A stretch of 64,000 bases of DNA from Clostridia bacterium (GTDB lineage Bacteria > Bacillota > Clostridia > Christensenellales > CAG-138), in contig JAFWOT010000027.1 of NCBI GenBank assembly GCA_017509785.1, forward strand, positions 2,598-66,597, given 5' to 3'. Positions 9,202 to 18,609 of this stretch are shown here, piece after piece (the first letter of the stretch is position 1; each line of letters begins with the position of its first letter). A model generated the notes under the pieces. It was given only the letters and a program-made list of their open reading frames with translations. It did not search any database and had not been told where the DNA came from. Made by a program: the position numbers and the translations under genes.

Positions 9202-10509
9202 TCATGCCTTTCTGACGAGCCTTGCTATGAAGAATCCCTCCGTCCCGTCGACGTTCGGGAAGAGCGTCAGCATTCCGGTATCGCCGCGCCCGCGCAGGGC
9301 TTCGGGCAGGAAGCCCGCAAGGGGATCGGCGTAAAAATTCGTGTGGGTCTCAAGGAAGTCCCGTACAGCGCCCTCGTTCTCCCTTTCGGAGAGGGTGCAC
9401 GTGGAGTACACGAGCGCGCCCCCCGGAGCGAGGTATCCGCTGCAGGCTTCGAGTATCCGCCTTTGGACAGAGGAGATCTCCTCTATGCTCTCCCTCGTGC
9501 GCCTGTAACGCGCGTCGGGCTTCGAGCCCCCTCCGAGGCCGGAGCAGGGCACGTCGAGAAGTATCGCGTCGAACGCGTTTTCGTATTCCGGGGCGGGGAC
9601 GGAAGCGTCCCGCACGGAGCAGTCGACGCCCTCTATCCCGAGGCGGCGGAGCGTGTTTTTGATGAGCACGACCCGGTGCGGGTGGATATCCCACGCGGTG
9701 ACGCTGCCGCGCCTCTGCATGAGGTCGCAGATATACGCCGTCTTCCCGCCGGGGGCGGCGCAGGCGTCGAGCACGCGCAGGCCCGGCTTTACGCCGAGGC
9801 AGCGCGCCGCGAGCATCGCGCCTTCGGATTGGACGGTCATCCCGCCCGAGGCAAAGAATTCGTCCCCCGTTATGGCGGCGAGGCTCTCTGGCAGGGCCGC
9901 GCCTTCTATGAGCGCGCTCTTCACGTAGGGGACTCCGAGCCCGTCAAGCCGGGCGAAGAGCTCCTCCGGCGTGTGTGGGTACACCGCACGCACGGCCGCG
10001 CCCTTTACGTGGGCGGAAAGCAGCTCCTCCGTGAAGCTCTCGCCGTATCTGCGGGCGTATTCCTCCGCCATGAAGGCGGGGACGCCGTGCAGTATCTCCA
10101 TCCTTTCGGGGAAGCTCTCGGGAAGAGGCGGAAGGGCGTCCGCGTCCCTGTCCCTTATGACGTTCCTCAGCACTCCGTTTACGAACCCCTTCAGCTTCGC
10201 CTTGCCGATGGAGGCAGTAAGCCCCGTATACCTGCTGCAGGCGGCGTGATCCGGGGTATCCATGAAGAATATCTCCGTCAGAGCGAGGCGCAGCACCCCG
10301 CGTATCACGCTGTGCAGTCTGCCCTTCGCGTAGTGATCGATGATATGATCGCAGTAATTGAGGTTTTCGAGCGCCGTATATACGAGCGCCGTCACCCGGG
10401 CGGCGTTCGCGGGCTCGTCCGCGAGGCCGTCCTTTAAGGCGAGGTTCGCGTAAGCGCCCCCGCGGGTTATCTCCTGAAGTATCTCGAGAGCCTTTCTTTC
10501 AGCCGTCAT
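9202..10509 (-). CDS. rsmB: 16S rRNA (cytosine967-C5)-methyltransferase
   Basis: ORF trimmed to ATG 10509, which overlaps the fmt stop as ATGA. NusB-like N-domain, then SAM-MTase motifs DACAAPGGKT, LLDVPCSG and YSTCT. Confidence 0.9.
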   Translation of the reverse strand: MTAERKALEILQEITRGGAYANLALKDGLADEPANAARVTALVYTALENLNYCDHIIDHYAKGRLHSVIRGVLRLALTEIFFMDTPDHAACSRYTGLTASIGKAKLKGFVNGVLRNVIRDRDADALPPLPESFPERMEILHGVPAFMAEEYARRYGESFTEELLSAHVKGAAVRAVYPHTPEELFARLDGLGVPYVKSALIEGAALPESLAAITGDEFFASGGMTVQSEGAMLAARCLGVKPGLRVLDACAAPGGKTAYICDLMQRRGSVTAWDIHPHRVVLIKNTLRRLGIEGVDCSVRDASVPAPEYENAFDAILLDVPCSGLGGGSKPDARYRRTRESIEEISSVQRRILEACSGYLAPGGALVYSTCTLSERENEGAVRDFLETHTNFYADPLAGFLPEALRGRGDTGMLTLFPNVDGTEGFFIARLVRKA

Positions 10510-11447
10510 TGCCCCAAAACCCTGCCGAGCAGCTTCTTGCTGTTTAACGCGGCCCTGGCTTCCATTCGGCGGGAGCCCGCGAATTGAAGCTCGGTTATGC
10601 CAATGAGCCCGTCCCCGCAGCAGACGAACAGCCCGCGCTTCGGATCGGCTATCACGCATTCCCCCGGGACGGCGGAAGCGATATCCGCCTCGTATGGGAC
10701 GTCGAGCCCGGTTTTGAACACTTTTATTATCTGCCCGTCGAGGCTCGTGAACGCGGCGGGCGCGGGATACATCCCGCGGACGAGGTCGCGGACAGCCTTC
10801 GCGGGCTTCGTGAAATCTATCTCGGCCATGGACTTTTTTATCATGCCGCAGTAGGTCGCCGCGCTTTCATCCTGCGGGGTCCTCGGAAGGGTCCCTTCAA
10901 GGAGCCTGTCGATGGTCTCCTTTAATAGCTCCGCCCCCATTACGGCGAGCCTCGAATAGAGATCGCCCGCCGTCTCGTCGGGGCCGATCTCCGTCTCTCG
11001 CGAGAGGAGTATATCCCCCGTATCGAGGCCTATATCCGTCATCATGGTGGTGACTCCCGTCACCGTCTCGCCGTTTATTATCGACCATTGTATGGGCGCG
11101 GCGCCCCTGTATTTCGGCAGGAGGCTGCCGTGCACGTTTATGCAGCCAAAGCGCGGCGCCGCGAGGTTCTCCGCGGAGAGGATCTGCCCGAAGGCCGCCG
11201 TCACCATGAGATCGGGCGCAAGGGCGCGCAGCGCTTCGACGCCCTCCGGATCCCTTACGCGGCGGAACTGGTATACGGGCAGCCCGTAAGAGAGGGCGAG
11301 CTCCTTCACGGGAGGCATGGCGAGGCCGTGCCCCCGGTCCTTCGGGCGATCCGGCTGTGTGAATACGCTTATCTCATGCCCCTCGCGGATGAGCATCTCG
11401 AGCGAGGGCAGGGCGAACTCGGGCGTGCCGAGGAATGCAATGCGCAT
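10506..11447 (-). CDS. fmt: Methionyl-tRNA formyltransferase
   Basis: 313 aa: MRIAFLGTPEFA, INVHGSLLPKYRGAAPIQ. Confidence 0.93.
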   Translation of the reverse strand: MRIAFLGTPEFALPSLEMLIREGHEISVFTQPDRPKDRGHGLAMPPVKELALSYGLPVYQFRRVRDPEGVEALRALAPDLMVTAAFGQILSAENLAAPRFGCINVHGSLLPKYRGAAPIQWSIINGETVTGVTTMMTDIGLDTGDILLSRETEIGPDETAGDLYSRLAVMGAELLKETIDRLLEGTLPRTPQDESAATYCGMIKKSMAEIDFTKPAKAVRDLVRGMYPAPAAFTSLDGQIIKVFKTGLDVPYEADIASAVPGECVIADPKRGLFVCCGDGLIGITELQFAGSRRMEARAALNSKKLLGRVLGQ

Positions 11448-11485
11448 GATACGCCTCCTTTTTCAACAGAAATGAACGCTTTTCG

Positions 11486-11959
11486 TCACTCCGCCTTATC
11501 CTCCTCCGGCGCGGGGATCACGAGGCGCTTATAGACCTTGCCGTCAAGGTGGTCGCACTCGTGGAGCATAGCCCTTGCGAGGAGCCCCTCGCCGCGGATC
11601 TCGAACTCATTGCCGTTCCTGTCAAAGGCGCGCATGACGGCAACGTTCGGGCGGATGACGTAACCCTGCTCGTCGGGGAACGAGAGGCAGCCCTCATAGC
11701 CGCCCTGTTCGCCGGAGGTCTCGATTATCTCGGGGTTGACCGCCTCGATGAGGCCGTTCCTGTCCTCGGTGCAGTCGATGACTATCACGCGGCGCAGTAT
11801 CCCCACCTGAGGCGCGGCAAGGCCGACGCCGTCCGCGTCGTACATTGTCTCCGCCATGTCGTCAAGCAGGGAGTGGAGCTTCCCGTCAAACGCCGTGACG
11901 GGCTTCGCCTTTTTATATAGGCAGGGCGCGCTGCCGGTTTGTATCTTTCTTATTGCCAT
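11486..11959 (-). CDS. def: Peptide deformylase
   Basis: 157 aa carrying the three PDF motifs GVGLAAPQVG, EGCLSFP and HECDHLDG. Confidence 0.93.
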   Translation of the reverse strand: MAIRKIQTGSAPCLYKKAKPVTAFDGKLHSLLDDMAETMYDADGVGLAAPQVGILRRVIVIDCTEDRNGLIEAVNPEIIETSGEQGGYEGCLSFPDEQGYVIRPNVAVMRAFDRNGNEFEIRGEGLLARAMLHECDHLDGKVYKRLVIPAPEEDKAE

Positions 11960-12093
11960 GTTGCACCTCCGAAAGAGAAAAATACCTGATTTACAGACTT
12001 AATCATAGTATTATACCACAGATCGCGCCGATGTTAAAATATATAAGTACGGGTATCCTCACAATTATTTCCCGCTCCGTATGATTTTGCTTG

Positions 12094-12122
12094 TTGCCAT
12101 TTCGACACTTTTCCTGTATAAT
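12094..12122 (+). promoter_or_regulatory. SigA-type promoter upstream of lon
   Basis: TTGCCA (12094-12099), 17 nt, TATAAT (12117-12122), about 40 nt upstream of the lon ATG. Confidence 0.5.
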
Positions 12123-12162
12123 CCCCCTTAAAGAAAAAAACGAGCGAAAGGAGACCGCTATA

Positions 12163-14559
12163 ATGAACGAAGAAAACAACGCAAGCTTACCCGCCGCCGC
12201 GCTTCGCGGAATAGTCGCGATGCCCTACACGGTGCTGAGCTTTGACGTCGGCATGGCGTACAACGCGGAGGCGGTCGATGAAGCCATCAATTCCGACAAC
12301 AGGATCGTCCTTGCCTGCGCGAAGGACCCCAAGGCCCCGGAGATCTCCGGCGACGGGCTCTTCGATCACGGCTGCATCTGCCGCATAACGAAGATATTCA
12401 AGCTCAACGACGGGACGAGAAGGGTCTTCGTCGAGGGCATGACGCGCGTCCGCATAAACGAGGTCGTGCAGACCCGCCCCTGCTTCAGGGTCGCTTACAC
12501 CGAGCTCGGCGATCATCCCGGCACCTACGGCGAGGCGCTCACCCTTCGGCAAATGATATCCCGCAAGTTCAAGGATTTCACCTTCGGAGGAGGAAGCGCG
12601 CCCATAAAGAGCGTCATCGATTCGATAGAGCTCATCCCCGACGACATCCGCTACGTTTACAGCGTGGCGAACGTGGTGCTTCAGCACTATGAGGACAGGA
12701 TCGATTTCCTCCGTCAGGAGGATCAGTCCGCAAGATGCCTCGATCTGCTCCAGGTCATGAACCGCGAGGCGGAGTTCGCAAAGCTCATGAGCAGGATCAA
12801 CGACGACGTTCATAAACAGATCGAAAAGAATCAGCGCGAATACTTCCTGCGGGAGCAGATCAAATCCATAAGGAAGGAGCTCGGCGAGAGCGAGCAGAAC
12901 GAGGCGGACGAGTTCCGCGAGAGGCTTAAAAACAAGGTCGTCCCCGACGAGGTGCGCGAGCGCATTTCCCGGGAAATAGAGCGTTTTTCGACACTCCCCG
13001 CCGGAAGCCACGAGATGCCCTCCATGCGGACGTTCATCGAGTGCATGCTGGATCTGCCCTTCACGGAGGAGAGCCGTGACAATCTCGACGTCGAAAACGC
13101 GAGAGCCGTGCTCGACCGCGACCATTACGGGCTCGAAAAGGTCAAGGAGCGCGTGCTCGAGCATCTTGCCGTCGCACAGCTGACGGGCAGGGTCAACGGA
13201 CAGATAATCTGCTTCGTGGGGCCTCCCGGCGTCGGAAAGACCTCCATATCCTCATCGATAGCGGAGGCTCTCGGGAGGAAATTCGTCCGCATGAGCCTCG
13301 GCGGTATCAAGGACGAGGCGGAGATAAGGGGCCACAGGCGCACATATATAGGCGCAATGCCGGGCAGGATAATCGCCGCAATGCGCACGGCGGGCACCGT
13401 GAACCCCGTGCTGCTCTTCGATGAGATCGACAAGCTCTCGAAGGATTATCAGGGCGACCCCTCCGCCGCGATGCTCGAGGTGCTCGACAGCGCGCAGAAC
13501 TTCGCGTTCCGCGATCACTTCCTCGAGATGCCGTACGATCTTTCAAAGGTCATGTTCATAACGACGGCGAACAGCCTCTACGATATCCCCGGGCCCTTAC
13601 GCGACAGGATGGAGATAATCGAGGTGCCGAGCTACCTTGCGACGGAGAAGGTGCAGATAGCCCTCCGCCACCTTATACCGAAGCAGCTCGAGAAGCACGG
13701 GATAAAGAAGTCCATGCTGAGCATCCCCGAGGAGACGGTGGAAAGGATCGTGTCCGAATACACGCACGAGGCGGGCGTCCGCTCGCTCGAAAGGTGCATC
13801 GCTTCCATCTGCCGGAAGGCGGCCTGCGATATCGCCTCCGGAAAGAAGTGCATCAGGGTGACGAGATCGAAGCTTCGCGAATACCTCGGCGTACCCAAAT
13901 TCACGGATGACGAGGTCGAAGCCTCCCCCGCAGTCGGGCTCGTGAACGGGCTCGCGTGGACGGCGGTCGGCGGCTCGACGATGCAGATAGAAGCGGCGAC
14001 GCTTGCCGGCTCCGGTCAGATACAGCTCACCGGTCAGCTCGGCGACGTGATGCAGGAGAGCGCGAAGGCGGCCCTCACGTATATCAGGGCGCACGCGGCC
14101 GAGCTCCGCATCCCCGCGGATTTCATGAAGACCACGGATATCCACATCCACGTGCCGGAGGGAGCCGTCCCGAAGGACGGGCCTTCTGCGGGAACAGCGC
14201 TCCTCACCGCGGCGGCAAGCGCCCTGAGCGGCTCACCCGTCAAGGCGAAGCTCGCGATGACGGGCGAGATAACCATCCGCGGAAGGGTCCTGCCGATAGG
14301 CGGCCTGCGTGAGAAGCTCCTCGCCGCCGTCCGCGCCGGAGTGACTGAGGTGCTCCTCCCCGAGGGGAACCGCAAGGATATCGAGGACGTGCCCGGTGAT
14401 ATTGTTTCAAAGCTCGTTATCACCTACGTCCGCTCCGCCGACGAGGTGCTTTCAAAGGCGCTCCTCCCCGCGCCCGAAAGGCCCGCTCCCAAGGTGAAGC
14501 CCGCCGGGATCCCGATAATCAGCGTCGACGACCGGGGCGGCGCTCCCGTAAACGCCTGA
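12163..14559 (+). CDS. lon: ATP-dependent Lon protease (LonA)
   Basis: ORF trimmed to ATG 12163 (RBS AAAGGAG). Lon N-domain, Walker A GPPGVGKTS, and proteolytic site PKDGPSAG. Confidence 0.93.
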   Translation: MNEENNASLPAAALRGIVAMPYTVLSFDVGMAYNAEAVDEAINSDNRIVLACAKDPKAPEISGDGLFDHGCICRITKIFKLNDGTRRVFVEGMTRVRINEVVQTRPCFRVAYTELGDHPGTYGEALTLRQMISRKFKDFTFGGGSAPIKSVIDSIELIPDDIRYVYSVANVVLQHYEDRIDFLRQEDQSARCLDLLQVMNREAEFAKLMSRINDDVHKQIEKNQREYFLREQIKSIRKELGESEQNEADEFRERLKNKVVPDEVRERISREIERFSTLPAGSHEMPSMRTFIECMLDLPFTEESRDNLDVENARAVLDRDHYGLEKVKERVLEHLAVAQLTGRVNGQIICFVGPPGVGKTSISSSIAEALGRKFVRMSLGGIKDEAEIRGHRRTYIGAMPGRIIAAMRTAGTVNPVLLFDEIDKLSKDYQGDPSAAMLEVLDSAQNFAFRDHFLEMPYDLSKVMFITTANSLYDIPGPLRDRMEIIEVPSYLATEKVQIALRHLIPKQLEKHGIKKSMLSIPEETVERIVSEYTHEAGVRSLERCIASICRKAACDIASGKKCIRVTRSKLREYLGVPKFTDDEVEASPAVGLVNGLAWTAVGGSTMQIEAATLAGSGQIQLTGQLGDVMQESAKAALTYIRAHAAELRIPADFMKTTDIHIHVPEGAVPKDGPSAGTALLTAAASALSGSPVKAKLAMTGEITIRGRVLPIGGLREKLLAAVRAGVTEVLLPEGNRKDIEDVPGDIVSKLVITYVRSADEVLSKALLPAPERPAPKVKPAGIPIISVDDRGGAPVNA

Positions 14560-14566
14560 ACCTGCG

Positions 14567-14596
14567 CCGGCTCTCCCAAAGAGGGCCGGTTTTTTA
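14567..14596 (+). terminator. Rho-independent terminator after lon
   Basis: A 9-bp stem (CCGGCTCTC pairing with GAGGGCCGG), loop CCAAA, then a T-run of seven (14590-14596). Confidence 0.75.
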
Positions 14597-14610
14597 TACC
14601 GAAAAATATA

Positions 14611-14629
14611 TCCTACCAAATCAGTAGGA
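14611..14629. promoter_or_regulatory. 19-bp inverted repeat TCCTAC-N7-GTAGGA just upstream of the -35 box; candidate IscR/Rrf2 operator
   Basis: Perfect 6-bp arms at 14611-14616 and 14624-14629, ending 4 nt before the -35 hexamer of the Rrf2-nifS-nifU promoter. Confidence 0.35.
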
Positions 14630-14633
14630 ATTA

Positions 14634-14662
14634 TTGACAGGCGCATCCCGCGGTGTTAAAAT
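14634..14662 (+). promoter_or_regulatory. SigA-type promoter of the Rrf2-nifS-nifU operon
   Basis: TTGACA (14634-14639), 17 nt, TAAAAT (14657-14662) with a TG extension (TGTTAAAAT). Confidence 0.6.
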
Positions 14663-14692
14663 GGGGACAACAAGAAGGAGTGCGATCTCATT

Positions 14693-15124
14693 ATGAAGCT
14701 TTCGACAAAAGGCAGATACGGGATAAAGGCGATGGTCGATCTCGCCCTCGTTTACGGGAGCGAGCGGCTTTCGGTCAACCAGCTTGCGGAGAAGCAGGGC
14801 ATTTCGGACACGTATCTCGAGCAGCTCATAGCCGCCCTGAAGAAGGCGAAGCTCGTGGATTCCGCGCGCGGCGCGGCAGGCGGGTATACCCTCTCCCGTC
14901 CGCCGGAGGAGATCTCCGTCGGCGAGGTGCTCCGTTCGCTCGAGAAGACGACCGCGATAGTCGACTGTGTGGACGTTGAGGGCTCGCCCTGCGCAAACGC
15001 TTGCACGTGCTCCGCACGTCCGCTCTGGCTGAAGCTTCAGCACCGCATAGACGACGTGCTCAACACCACCACCATAAAGGATATGGCGGACGATTATATG
15101 ACTCAGTTGGAAAGGAGCCTCTGA
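14693..15124 (+). CDS. Rrf2 family regulator, IscR-like (Cys cluster present)
   Basis: 143 aa: MKLSTKGRYGIKAMVDLA... winged helix, then Cys ligand region DCVDVEGSPCANACTCS. It heads the nifS-nifU operon. Confidence 0.88.
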   Translation: MKLSTKGRYGIKAMVDLALVYGSERLSVNQLAEKQGISDTYLEQLIAALKKAKLVDSARGAAGGYTLSRPPEEISVGEVLRSLEKTTAIVDCVDVEGSPCANACTCSARPLWLKLQHRIDDVLNTTTIKDMADDYMTQLERSL

Positions 15125-15146
15125 CGAGGCGATAGGAGGATCGAAT

Positions 15147-16307
15147 ATGAAACGAATCTATCTTGACAACGCGGCAACGACCAAGCTCGCTCCCGAAGCG
15201 CTCGAGGCTATGATGCCCTACATGACGGAGATCTACGGCAACCCCTCCAGCCCGCATTATTTCGGGCAGCAGGTGGCGGCGGCTCTCGATAAGGCAAGGC
15301 AGCAGGTGGCGGGCGCCATCAATGCCGAACCCGGCGAGATAATATTCATGAGCGGCGGCACCGAGGCCGACAACACCGCCATCCGCGGCATAGCCGAGCG
15401 CTACGCGAAGAAGGGCCGGCACATAATCACGACGGCGGTCGAGCACCACGCCGTGCTGCACACCTGCAAGCTGCTCGAAAGGCAGGGCTATGAGGTCACC
15501 TATCTGCCCGTCGACGAGTACGGCATGGTGACGGTCGATCAGGTCAGGGAAGCCATGCGCGACGATACCATCCTCGTTACCGTGATGTTCGCGAACAACG
15601 AGGTCGGCACCATAATGCCCATACCCGAGATCGGCGCTCTCTGCCGCGAGAGGAAGGTCTTCTTCCACACCGACGCCGTGCAGGCGGTCGGGCATCTGCC
15701 CATCGACGTGAAGGCGATGAATATCGATATGCTCTCCATGTCCGGCCATAAGTTCCACGGGCCCAAGGGCGTCGGCGCGCTCTACGTCAGGAAGGGCATC
15801 GTGCTGCCCCCCCTCATCGAAGGCGGCGCGCAGGAGCGCAACCGCAGGGCGGGTACCGAGAACGTGCCCGGCATAGTCGGCATGGGCAGGGCGATAGAGC
15901 TTGCCTGCGACGGTCTCCTCGAAAAGGGCGAAAAGATGAAGCTCCTGCGCGATAAGCTCATCCGCGAGCTCCCTCTCCGCATACCCGAGATAAAGCTCAA
16001 CGGTCACCCGACCATGAGGCTCCCCAACAACGTCAACTACTCCATCAAGTATATCGAGGGCGAATCGATACTGCTCATGCTCGACCTCAAGGGCATCGCC
16101 GCTTCGAGCGGCTCCGCCTGCACGAGCGGGTCTCTTGATCCGAGCCACGTGCTGCTCGCCATGGGTCTCACGCACGAGGTCGCACACGGTTCCGTCCGCA
16201 TGACCCTTTCCGACGAAACGACGGAAGAGGATATCGACTACGTTCTGGAGGTGCTTCCGCGGATCGCCGAGAGGCTCCGCGGCATGTCCCCCCTGTATAA
16301 AGGCTGA
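15147..16307 (+). CDS. nifS: Cysteine desulfurase (NifS type)
   Basis: 386 aa class-V aminotransferase with PLP lysine context SMSGHKFHGPKG and active-site Cys SSGSACTSG. Confidence 0.93.
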   Translation: MKRIYLDNAATTKLAPEALEAMMPYMTEIYGNPSSPHYFGQQVAAALDKARQQVAGAINAEPGEIIFMSGGTEADNTAIRGIAERYAKKGRHIITTAVEHHAVLHTCKLLERQGYEVTYLPVDEYGMVTVDQVREAMRDDTILVTVMFANNEVGTIMPIPEIGALCRERKVFFHTDAVQAVGHLPIDVKAMNIDMLSMSGHKFHGPKGVGALYVRKGIVLPPLIEGGAQERNRRAGTENVPGIVGMGRAIELACDGLLEKGEKMKLLRDKLIRELPLRIPEIKLNGHPTMRLPNNVNYSIKYIEGESILLMLDLKGIAASSGSACTSGSLDPSHVLLAMGLTHEVAHGSVRMTLSDETTEEDIDYVLEVLPRIAERLRGMSPLYKG

Positions 16308-16327
16308 ATTTTAAGGAGGTAACACCT

Positions 16328-16768
16328 ATGTACACCGAGAAGGTATTGGATCATTTTCAGCATCCCCGCAATCAGAAGGAAGTTGAAAACTACAACGGCA
16401 TGGGCATGGTCGGCAACGCGAAGTGCGGCGACATAATGCAGATGTTCATCAGGGTCAACGACGACGGCATAATCGAGGACGTCGGCTTCAAGACCTTCGG
16501 CTGCGGCGCCGCCATCGCGACGAGCTCCATGGCCACCGAGATGATCAAGGGCAAGTCCGTGGATGAGGCGCTCAAGCTCTCCAACGCGGCGGTAGTCGAG
16601 GCGCTCGAGGGGCTGCCCCCCGTAAAGATCCATTGCTCCGTTCTCGCCGAGGAAGCCGTAAAGGCCGCCGTTGACGATTACCACAAGAGGATGGAAGAAA
16701 AAGCCGGCGGCGCGGAGAGCGGCAAGCCCGCGGACGAGCCGGAGGTTAACGGATCGGCAGAAGCCTGA
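16328..16768 (+). CDS. nifU: Fe-S cluster assembly scaffold (NifU/IscU N-domain type)
   Basis: 146 aa with conserved Cys motifs GNAKCGD, FGCGAAIA and the third Cys in KIHCSVLAEE, plus an acidic/Ala-rich tail. Confidence 0.9.
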   Translation: MYTEKVLDHFQHPRNQKEVENYNGMGMVGNAKCGDIMQMFIRVNDDGIIEDVGFKTFGCGAAIATSSMATEMIKGKSVDEALKLSNAAVVEALEGLPPVKIHCSVLAEEAVKAAVDDYHKRMEEKAGGAESGKPADEPEVNGSAEA

Positions 16769-16772
16769 CCGT

Positions 16773-17672
16773 ATGCTCGATTTTAAGGAACTGACAGTAA
16801 AAGCAATGGCCGACGTCCGGCCATTGCTTGAATTTCAGGAGTTCAGGAGCTGTGATTATTCCGTCGGCGGGATGCACATGTGGCGGGATCATTTCCGGCT
16901 CCTTTACTGTATCAAGGGCGATATGCTCTTCTGGACCTCCGATTACATGGATAAGGGCGTAAGCTACGGAGTGCCCGTCGGCCCCGGCAGCCTCGAAGCG
17001 GCCGTCGGCGAGATCCGCCGCGACGCCGCCGAAAGGCATATCCCGGTAAGGTTCTGTACGGTGCCCGGGGGATTCGTCGGCAGGCTTTCAGAGCTCGTCG
17101 GGCGCCCGTCCGAAAACGCCGTGTACCGCGAATGGGCGGATTACCTTTACCCCTACTCCAATTTCCTCGGCTATCACGGAAAGAAGCTCGTCACCCAGAG
17201 GAATCACTGCAACCGGTTCATGCGGGAGTATCCGCGGTATGAGTACCTCGCCCTGACTCCCGGGCTGGCGAAGGAGGCGAAAAGCTTCCTCGTCGAAAAC
17301 CGCGCTCACTTCATGAAGGACGCGCCCATCGCGCGGGAGGATCTCATCAAATCGATCGAGGCGTTCGGCCTTTTTTCGGAGCTCGGCTATTCCGGAGGGA
17401 TGCTCAGGGTCGACGGGAAGACGATCGGCGTGACCCTCGGAGAGACGATCCGCGACACACTGTACGTCCATGTCGAAAAGGCGCTTTCGGTATACTCCGG
17501 CGCGTATCCGATGCTCGCCCGCCTCTATGCCGAACAGATGGCGCGGGACGGGCTCCTCTACATCAACCGCGAGGATGACTCCGGCGATCCGGGGCTGCGA
17601 TGGTCCAAAACGGAATACAGGCCGATAACGCTCATCGAAAAGTATACGATGGATTTCGGCCCCGAGGTATAG
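16773..17672 (+). CDS. DUF2156 / MprF C-terminal (lysyl-PG synthase-like, GNAT-fold) domain protein
   Basis: ORF trimmed to ATG 16773, 5 nt after the nifU stop. The N-terminal pattern LDFKELT...RSCDYSVGGMHMWRDHF resembles stand-alone DUF2156 proteins as I remember them. No HMM was run. Confidence 0.55.
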   Translation: MLDFKELTVKAMADVRPLLEFQEFRSCDYSVGGMHMWRDHFRLLYCIKGDMLFWTSDYMDKGVSYGVPVGPGSLEAAVGEIRRDAAERHIPVRFCTVPGGFVGRLSELVGRPSENAVYREWADYLYPYSNFLGYHGKKLVTQRNHCNRFMREYPRYEYLALTPGLAKEAKSFLVENRAHFMKDAPIAREDLIKSIEAFGLFSELGYSGGMLRVDGKTIGVTLGETIRDTLYVHVEKALSVYSGAYPMLARLYAEQMARDGLLYINREDDSGDPGLRWSKTEYRPITLIEKYTMDFGPEV

Positions 17673-17718
17673 AACGACCCCGCTCCTTTACGGAACGGGG
17701 CGCGTTGTTTTTATTCGG

Positions 17719-18495
17719 TCACTGGCCCGCGGCCTTGTAGATGTTCTCGTTATGCTCGACGTCCGGCAGATTGCCGACGTTCGAGACAGACCCGTCGAAG
17801 AATATGCAGAAGTGCCCTTCGACGCCGTTATCGGCGTAGGAATCCGCGCCGTGCGGCCAGCATTGGATGGAGGCCGCGATCTCCTGCCCGTCGATCGAGA
17901 CCACGACCGGGCGCTTCAGATAGTTGTACTCGCTCCCGCAGATGGCCTTGACTTCCTCAAGCGCCTCCGGGGTGCCGGGCTCCATCTCAGCGTGGTTCTC
18001 CCCGCCCGTGAACATGAGCGAGAACGTGCTGCCCGTATAACAGTCGGTGAAGGTATAGCTCCTGCCCGTGCGGAGCATGGACTTGACGCTGCTCCATGAA
18101 ACGAGCGAGCCGGTCTTCTGCATGGTCGACGAGCCGTGCTTCGGGCCGGAGGGGATGGAAACGCCGCTTAAAGTCACGCGGAGCGCGTCATAGCGGAAGA
18201 GGTACGTGAGCGACTCCCCGCCGAGGCTGCCCGTGACCTGCATATCGAATCCCGAATCGCGGTAGTTGGTCTGGAACGCCTTGACAGCGCTGACCGTCAT
18301 GGACTTATACGAGCCGGTGGGCTTGAAGTTGAGATAGCCCAGCTCGCGCAGACGCTTCTGGATCCGCACGACGGGAGCCCCGGTCGAGTTCTTATCATAG
18401 ACCGCGCCGGAAGACGCGCCGGCTTCCATCACCGGCGAAGCGCACGCTATGGCGGCAAACAATATGAACATCACGAGCGAAACAAATCTTTTCAT
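17719..18495 (-). CDS. Secreted protein with a peptidoglycan-binding (PG_binding_1-like) domain and a C-terminal domain of unknown function
   Basis: ORF trimmed to ATG 18495. Signal peptide MKRFVSLVMFILFAAIACASP. The VVRIQKRLRELGYL...TVSAVKAFQ motif is typical of PG-binding repeats. Confidence 0.6.
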   Translation of the reverse strand: MKRFVSLVMFILFAAIACASPVMEAGASSGAVYDKNSTGAPVVRIQKRLRELGYLNFKPTGSYKSMTVSAVKAFQTNYRDSGFDMQVTGSLGGESLTYLFRYDALRVTLSGVSIPSGPKHGSSTMQKTGSLVSWSSVKSMLRTGRSYTFTDCYTGSTFSLMFTGGENHAEMEPGTPEALEEVKAICGSEYNYLKRPVVVSIDGQEIAASIQCWPHGADSYADNGVEGHFCIFFDGSVSNVGNLPDVEHNENIYKAAGQ

Positions 18496-18609
18496 ATATA
18501 CATTATAACACGCGCGGAGGGATTTGTCACCTTTTTTTCTCAAATTCTGTTTGAAAGTATGGAAATCATCGGATGAATGTATTATAATACTGCCTGCAGG
18601 AGGTCAAAT

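Noticed and set aside
12101-12107. Spo0A box (TTCGACA, reverse of TGTCGAA) between the -35 and -10 of the lon promoter
   Set aside because: A single 7-mer is expected several times by chance in 64 kb on two strands, and there is no second box nearby. It is not evidence of regulation.
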